Assembly (NCBI RefSeq): GCF_009914755.1
Contig: NC_060942.1
Length of the DNA stretch: 64,000 nt
Source of the DNA: the human T2T-CHM13v2.0 reference genome, Homo sapiens
Strand: one strand, 5' to 3'
Position 1 is the first letter of the stretch. Every line of letters starts with the position of its first letter. The notes beneath the pieces are model-generated. The model was not told the origin of the DNA. It saw nothing but the letters and a program-made list of their open reading frames with translations, and did not search any database. The position numbers and the translations under genes are program-made. Below, one piece after another: positions 58,121-64,000 of this stretch.

Positions 58121-58718
58121 TTACAGAATGTATCTTCTGTAATTGTTGGGTGCTTGCTAATTGTACTCTTCCAATCCTTCATAACCTTGTAGTTTTTTAA
58201 ATCTACCCTTTCATAAATTACTGAGAGGTATATTAAAATTTTCTACTACGATTATAGATTTGATTTATACCTGTAATTCTTCCAATTTTACCTTATAAAT
58301 TACACCTAGTATATCTTTTCCATTCCTTTGCTTTTAAACTATGTCATCATACTTTTAGGAGTATCTCCACTTGTAAAATACAGTTGGTTGGATTTTTTAA
58401 ATTTTTGTTCTCCTTTAGCCAGCAAGTTTAATCTGAGATTACATATTGGGTTTATGGAGATATTTCAGCTTATTTTCTACCATCTTATTTTGTGTTTTCT
58501 AATACCTATGCATTTTTCTTTTCTTTTTTCTTCTTCCCTGCCTTATACTGGAGTGATCAATTTCTCTTTATTTCCACCCCTCATCCCCACTGACTTGGAG
58601 TTATACGTTATTCTATTTCAATTCTTTTGGAGAGTTATTGGTAAAAAAATTTTTAATGGAAAACTTTAACTCATCATTGCATTGTAGATGAAAACAGCCT
58701 ATTGAAAACCATAAAGAA

Positions 58719-58841
58719 TTTTTTTTTTAAGATATGGGTTCTCCCTATGTTGTCTAGGCTTGAACTCCTGGACTCAACCAATCCTCCTGCCTCAGCCTCC
58801 CAAAGTGCTAGGATTACAGGCATGAGCCACCACGCCTAACC
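58719..58841 (-). mobile_element. FLAM-like left Alu monomer
   Basis: Single left monomer with T tail and GAATTTTT flanks. Confidence 0.82.
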
Positions 58842-60364
58842 AAGGGAATTTTTAAAAACCAGAAACCTCATGAGGATAGGGAGAAGAGGTAAGGAGAAAA
58901 CAGAAGCAAAATTTTAATGGCTGGAAAATGGGTGAGCAGTAATTGAACAGATCAGAAACTACTAACTCTAGGCTAGCTGTAGGAAAAGCTGAAAACCATT
59001 GATTAACACAGAAACCTCAAAAAGTTAAGGAACCAACAGCAAGTCACGGCAGGAACTGAGGGCCAGGCGGGGGAAGGAATAATAGGTAGCACTTGTTAAG
59101 AGCTTTGTAGAAAGGAATTCAGTTCTTAGATTTCCGCCCCTACTGTCTCTGGATAACTAATCCTCTGCCTCAACGTTTACTTTCTGCAAAGGGGAAAACA
59201 AAATCCCTGGACTAGGAGATGGCCTGGGTATAAGTAGGAAGAAAAGAGGGTGTGAATGAACATGAGCACGCTGTGTTAAATGTCGACTCCCAAACCCCTT
59301 CCTCCACTGGGTTTTGGCTCCCAAATACTAGCAGCCAGACCTCCGCCCAGTTATTCAGATCAAAAGACTTCACTAGGGTACCTGACCGACCCAGGAGGAA
59401 AGGCATATAGATGCTAATATTGGGAGTTTACCAACAAACAGCCTGCCTGCTCAGATCCCTCTCCAGTGAAACTGAAAGGAGACAAGTTTCACCCACATGT
59501 TGAGTTTTTGATCAGCTTTTTAGATCCCCACTTCTTAAGAATTACTTTATCTGAGGAAAAACGTCAAACAAAACCAGAAAAATTCAGCTTCAGGAAAAGA
59601 CTATACAGAGAAAGAAAACATTTTTAAAACATCAACATGGCCAGAGAAATAAGACTGAGCAACCCTGAAGAAAGAGCAGCATGCTCTCAAAGGCAGCATT
59701 CAGAGAACTTAACAGCTCTTGCATAGCTTGACAGCAGAAACGGGGGAAAAAAATCAATAGAAGTGCTAGAAGATAAAGTAGAAGAAATCTTCCAGAAAGT
59801 AGAAAAGAAAGATGGGAAACAGTAGAGAAAATGAAAAAAATTGGAAGACTGGTTCCAGAGGTCCAATGTCCCAACAACAGTTCCAAACAGAGATGCAGAG
59901 TAGGGGAGTCAAATAGATAAATTAAGAAAAAGCCCCTGAACTGAAAGATGGGAGTTTCTAGATGGAAAGGGCCCATCAAGACCCCAGTAAAACAGATGAA
60001 AACAAACCTACATGAAGGCCCATGGTAGCAAAACCAGAATGCCAAAGACAAAGAAAGGGCTTAAAGTTTCCAAGGAGGAAAAAAAATAGGTTATATAGAA
60101 AACAATCAAAATGGCTTTGGTTTTGTCAACAGTATACTGTAAACAAAGTCAAGAGAGCAATGGCTTCGTAATTCTGGGCTTCATAATTTTTCAAAAAAAA
60201 ATTTCCAACCTAGACTTATGTTAGCCAGAACAAAGGCATTTTCAGACATGCAACATCTCCAAGTATTTACCGCCCCACCCCCAACACACTCTCCAGGAAG
60301 GTCCTGAAGAATATGTCTCATCAAAAGGAGATACTAGTAAAACAAAAAGGAATACGATCTACAC

Positions 60365-60456
60365 TCGAACCCAGGAGTGCAAGGCTGCAGTGAGCCATGA
60401 TCACCCTACTACACTCCAACTAGACAACAGAGTGTGACCTTGTCTCAAAAAAAAAA

Positions 60457-60457
<1 letters not shown>
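60365..60457 (+). mobile_element. Alu 3' fragment
   Basis: gaacccaggag...gcagtgagccatgatc...tgtctc followed by an A tail. Confidence 0.85.

Positions 60458-60458
<1 letters not shown>

Positions 60459-60508
<50 letters not shown>
60459..60508. repeat. (AC)25 microsatellite in an Alu tail
   Basis: Read directly. Confidence 0.97.
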
Positions 60509-60511
<3 letters not shown>

Positions 60512-60900
60512 GAATAGGAGATCTAACAAAGAAGAAAAAATGAAGGCAATCCCTAATATGCTAGTGAGGGGGAAATCTCAGAATGACTGCGGCGTACTAG
60601 GTGTAGAGGCAACCAGTGCAAATCGGAGCAAGCTAAAAAAGACGAAGCCAAAACAACGGCAGCCTTCTCTCCAAAGTGAACACTGTAGAAGTCAATGGAA
60701 GCATAACCTTCACTGATTAGAGCCAAATGATAAATGGATGGGGGTGACTGATGGGGCCATAAAGAACAGCTTTGTACCACTCTTTACCAATATCTCAGCA
60801 GATTTCTGATTCCAAAGATTACAACGCAAAAGAAAAAAATTTTGCCTAAGTGGAATTCTTATGTTAGTACATGTTTATATATGTATGGATTTCTTTAGAC

Positions 60901-61508
60901 CAGTGCTATCCAACAGAAACAGGATGCAAACCACATATTGTTAAATTTTCTATCAGCCACATTAAAAAAGTAAAAATTGGTGTGCTTTAGTCAGTTCAGG
61001 ACGGTATAACAAAGTACTACAGACTAGGTGGCTTATAAACAACAGAAATTTATTTCTCACAGTTCCGGAGGCTGCAAGTCCGAGATCAGGGTACCAGCAT
61101 GGTTAGGTTCCAAGTAAGGCCCTCTTCTGGGTTGCAGACTGCCGCTTTTTTCAGGTATCTACACATGGAGGACAGAATGCTAACAACGGTCTCTTTTATA
61201 AAGGCACTAATCCCATTCATGAGGGCTCTACCCTCCTGACCTCAATATCTCCCAAAGATCCCATTTCCTGATGCCATCACAGCGGGAATTACAAGATGAA
61301 ATCATAATTTAATAATTTTATTAATCTAACCCAATATATCCAAAATACTATTTCAATTCGCAATCCGTATTAAAAACCATTGAAATATTTAACATTCTGT
61401 TTTTGTACTGTTAGAAAATTGGTGTGTATTTTATGCTTGTGGTCCATCTCAATTTCAAGAGCTCAATAGCCACATGGTGGCTAGTGGCTATCATACTGGA
61501 CAGAGCAA
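60901..61508 (+). mobile_element. MER33-like hAT element split by an MLT LTR
   Basis: CAGTGCTATCCA.../...TGGACAGAGCAA ends. 8-bp TSD CTTTAGAC/CTCTAGAA. Confidence 0.85.
60983..61293 (-). mobile_element. MLT1A/MST-like solo LTR
   Basis: ggtggcttataaacaacagaaatttatttctcacagtt; ggcactaatcccattcatgagggctctaccctc. Confidence 0.87.
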
Positions 61509-61861
61509 CTCTAGAAGGATAAACGAAAAGCTAGTAACAGTGGTTACATTTCTGGAAAGCACAACTGGGCAGCAGGAGGTAGGAGATGTAAAGGAGGCTT
61601 ACTTTTTTCAGTATTTGCTATTTTGTTCTCCTTGACTTTTATACCATGTGCATGTGTTATTCGAAAAAATGAATAAAGTACATTCTCTAAAATAAATTAC
61701 AAATGTAGATATTCTTTGAACTACTCCTAGAAATCTATCTTACAGACATACCTGCAAAGGAGCAAAATGCTATATAAACGAAGTTATTTGTTGTAGCATT
61801 GTTTTTAATACCACAAGACTGGAAACATTCAACAGAGGACTGATGATATATTCAGACACCC

Positions 61862-62154
61862 GGCCAGGCACAGTGGCTTACGCCTGTAATCCCAAAACTT
61901 TGAGGGGCCGTGGCAGGCAAATCGCTTGAGCCCAGGAGTTCAAGACAAATCTAGGCAACATGGCGAAACCCCACCTCTACAAAAAATTTTAAAAATTAGC
62001 TGGATATGGTAGGCATGCGCCTGCAGTCCCAACTACTCAGGTAGCTGAGGTGGGAGATTAACTTGACCCCTGGCAGTCAAGGTTGCAGTGAGCTGTGATC
62101 ACACCACTGCACTCCAGCCTGGGTGACAGAGTGAGACACTGTCTCAAAAAAAAA
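61862..62154 (+). mobile_element. AluJb-like within an L1ME-like 3' fragment
   Basis: Full dimer with TSD CAGACACC. Confidence 0.92.
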
Positions 62155-63311
62155 TTTACAGACACCCATACAAAAGAATATTATACAACCCACTACTCCA
62201 AAAAAGAAGAAAGGCATTCATTACATACTGACACAAAATAAGATGTACTATTAAGTGACATATGTGACCACTTGTACTAAAAGGTAATATACACACAAAA
62301 TTGTTCATAGATGCATAAAATCTCTGGAACACCACACAAAAACCTAGTAAAGCTACTTGCCTTTGAAAAGGCAACTGTATGGCAAAGAACAGACCAGTAA
62401 AGAGACTCTTCACTGGGTATCCCTGAATTTTGGATTGCAGTCATGGATTATGTATACAAAAATTCACTATTCCACATGCAGCTGTAGATGTTTTCATGTA
62501 CCCTGCCTTGCCTTGCTGTGATATTAAAGTCCATCTAAAGCCTACTGTTTTTCCAGTTCCTCCATAGAGAGGTCTGAGGCTTCTTTCTCCAAGAAGCCCC
62601 AGATGTTTCAATGATACCAGAACACTTTTCATTTTTTAATTTTTTTAAGCACACAGTTCCCACAGTTCTGTCTCCTTTCATTGAATGGCATTATAACCTC
62701 AGCCCCAACTACTGAATCTTATCTCTAGTAAATCCCCCAAGGCCACACTTCCCTTAAAGTTGACTGATTTTTCTAAGTTTCTAGTACCTGGGCACTTTCT
62801 CTCTCAAGATCAACTGTATACATAAGAGAAAACTTTTATATTTTATCCAACATTTTCATCTGTTTACAGTAAGAAGAATGGGCCTAACTTGTGTCTGTGT
62901 CATTTTAAGAAATTTAGATAAAGACAGTATAAACAATAACAGCAAACACTGAAGAAAGTATGATCACTGAGAAAAGACTGCTAAACTTGACAGTTCATCC
63001 GGAAGGCCAGTAGGAAGGGAAATGTGAAAAAGAATGGTTAAAAAATATGTTTGCAAAGTTGAAGTCAAGAACAGATAGTGATTAAATGTAGAAAGCAAAA
63101 GTAGATTGCACTTTTAAAAGGTATGGAGGGAAGAGAAATTTCAAATCTTCAAACTGCAGGAAAATACAAAATATTCCCCAAATACCTATGTGAATTTTTA
63201 TTTAGAAAGAAAACCAAAGTTAATTATTTCAACAAAAATACTTTAAATATGATGGTGCTGCCTCATCTAGAACATCTAAGGTCCCACTAGAAATAATATA
63301 AAATCACTGTG

Positions 63312-63620
63312 CAGTCAATCCTCCTTATCTGTGGGTTCCAAATACATGGATTAAACCAACCATGGATAAAAAATATTCAGGAAAAAACTGTGACTGTACT
63401 GAACATGTACAGACTTTTTTCTCATCATTTCTAAAACAATATAGAATAACAACTATTTACATTGTATTAGATATTAAGTAATCTAGAGAGGATTTAAAGA
63501 ATAACAATAAAATGTGCATAAAACAAATTCTACACCATTTTATACAAGGGACTTCAGCGTTCTCATATTCTGGTGCTTGCAGGAGAGTCCCGGAACCAAT
63601 CCTCTGTGGAGACCGAGATT
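63312..63620 (-). mobile_element. MER2-type MITE
   Basis: atctgtgggttcc...ggattaaaccaaccatggat...tgtactgaacatgtacagacttttt...ggaaccaatcc. Confidence 0.82.
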
Positions 63621-64000
63621 TTTAGCAATCTATGTTCAAACATACTACAAGGCAGAGAAAAAAACAGCAGCATCAATGACCTGGAATTGTATAACTGTTT
63701 TAGTCAAATAAATAATTCATTAGTAACCAGGATAATAGAAAACCTCAAAAAAATTAAAATACATAAAACCCAATTTTTTAAAAACAGATTTTTCAATTCT
63801 CACTACAACTATGTTCTCTCCAAAGCGTAAGCTAGTAAGGAAAGACACTGCCAACTGGAAACCTAGGTCGGCCCCCATGGAGAATGATGGGTCATGTCTT
63901 TTAAACAAAAGCAAACAGAAAACATTCATGTGTTCAACTTTATGGACTGTCAAACCTAATGCAAGCTTGAATTTAATTCAAGAAAATTATTATTTTAGCA

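Larger units (their letters stand above)
55720..58670 (-). mobile_element. Old L1 fragments (antisense) with Alu insertions
   Basis: ggattttgattggaagtgcaatgaatttatat; ccctacattcctgagacaaaccctaattagtcatgg. Confidence 0.7.
58850..60600 (+). mobile_element. HAL1/old L1 ORF1-like fragment
   Basis: ccagaggtccaat; cctgaactgaaagatgggagtttctagatggaaagggcccatcaag; ggcattttcagacatgcaa. Confidence 0.7.

Overview
Primate (most likely human) genomic DNA lying wholly inside SMAD2, which is transcribed on the minus strand. The window holds the first coding exon (exon 2, ATG at 37744) and exons 3-6, encoding M1-T243 (MH1 domain plus the first part of the linker). All five exons have GT-AG boundaries that can be read in the sequence. 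Exon 1 and exons 7 onward (MH2, SSXS) lie outside. The rest is intronic and dense in transposon fossils: about 22 Alu/FAM/FLAM copies, old L1/HAL1/L2/MIR fragments, MLT1 and other LTRs, a near-full-length Tigger2, MER2/MER1/MER33/Tigger4-type elements and several microsatellites. The most interesting signal is that exons 2-6 sum to 783 nt (261 codons) and the 53-nt 5'UTR part of exon 2 is stop-free and in frame. A back-spliced circSMAD2 would therefore carry an endless ORF (rolling-circle translation candidate), as would the 2-4, 2-5 and exon-3-skipped circles. Repeat names come from recalled consensus sequences, and old-repeat boundaries are approximate. No prokaryotic-type system is present.
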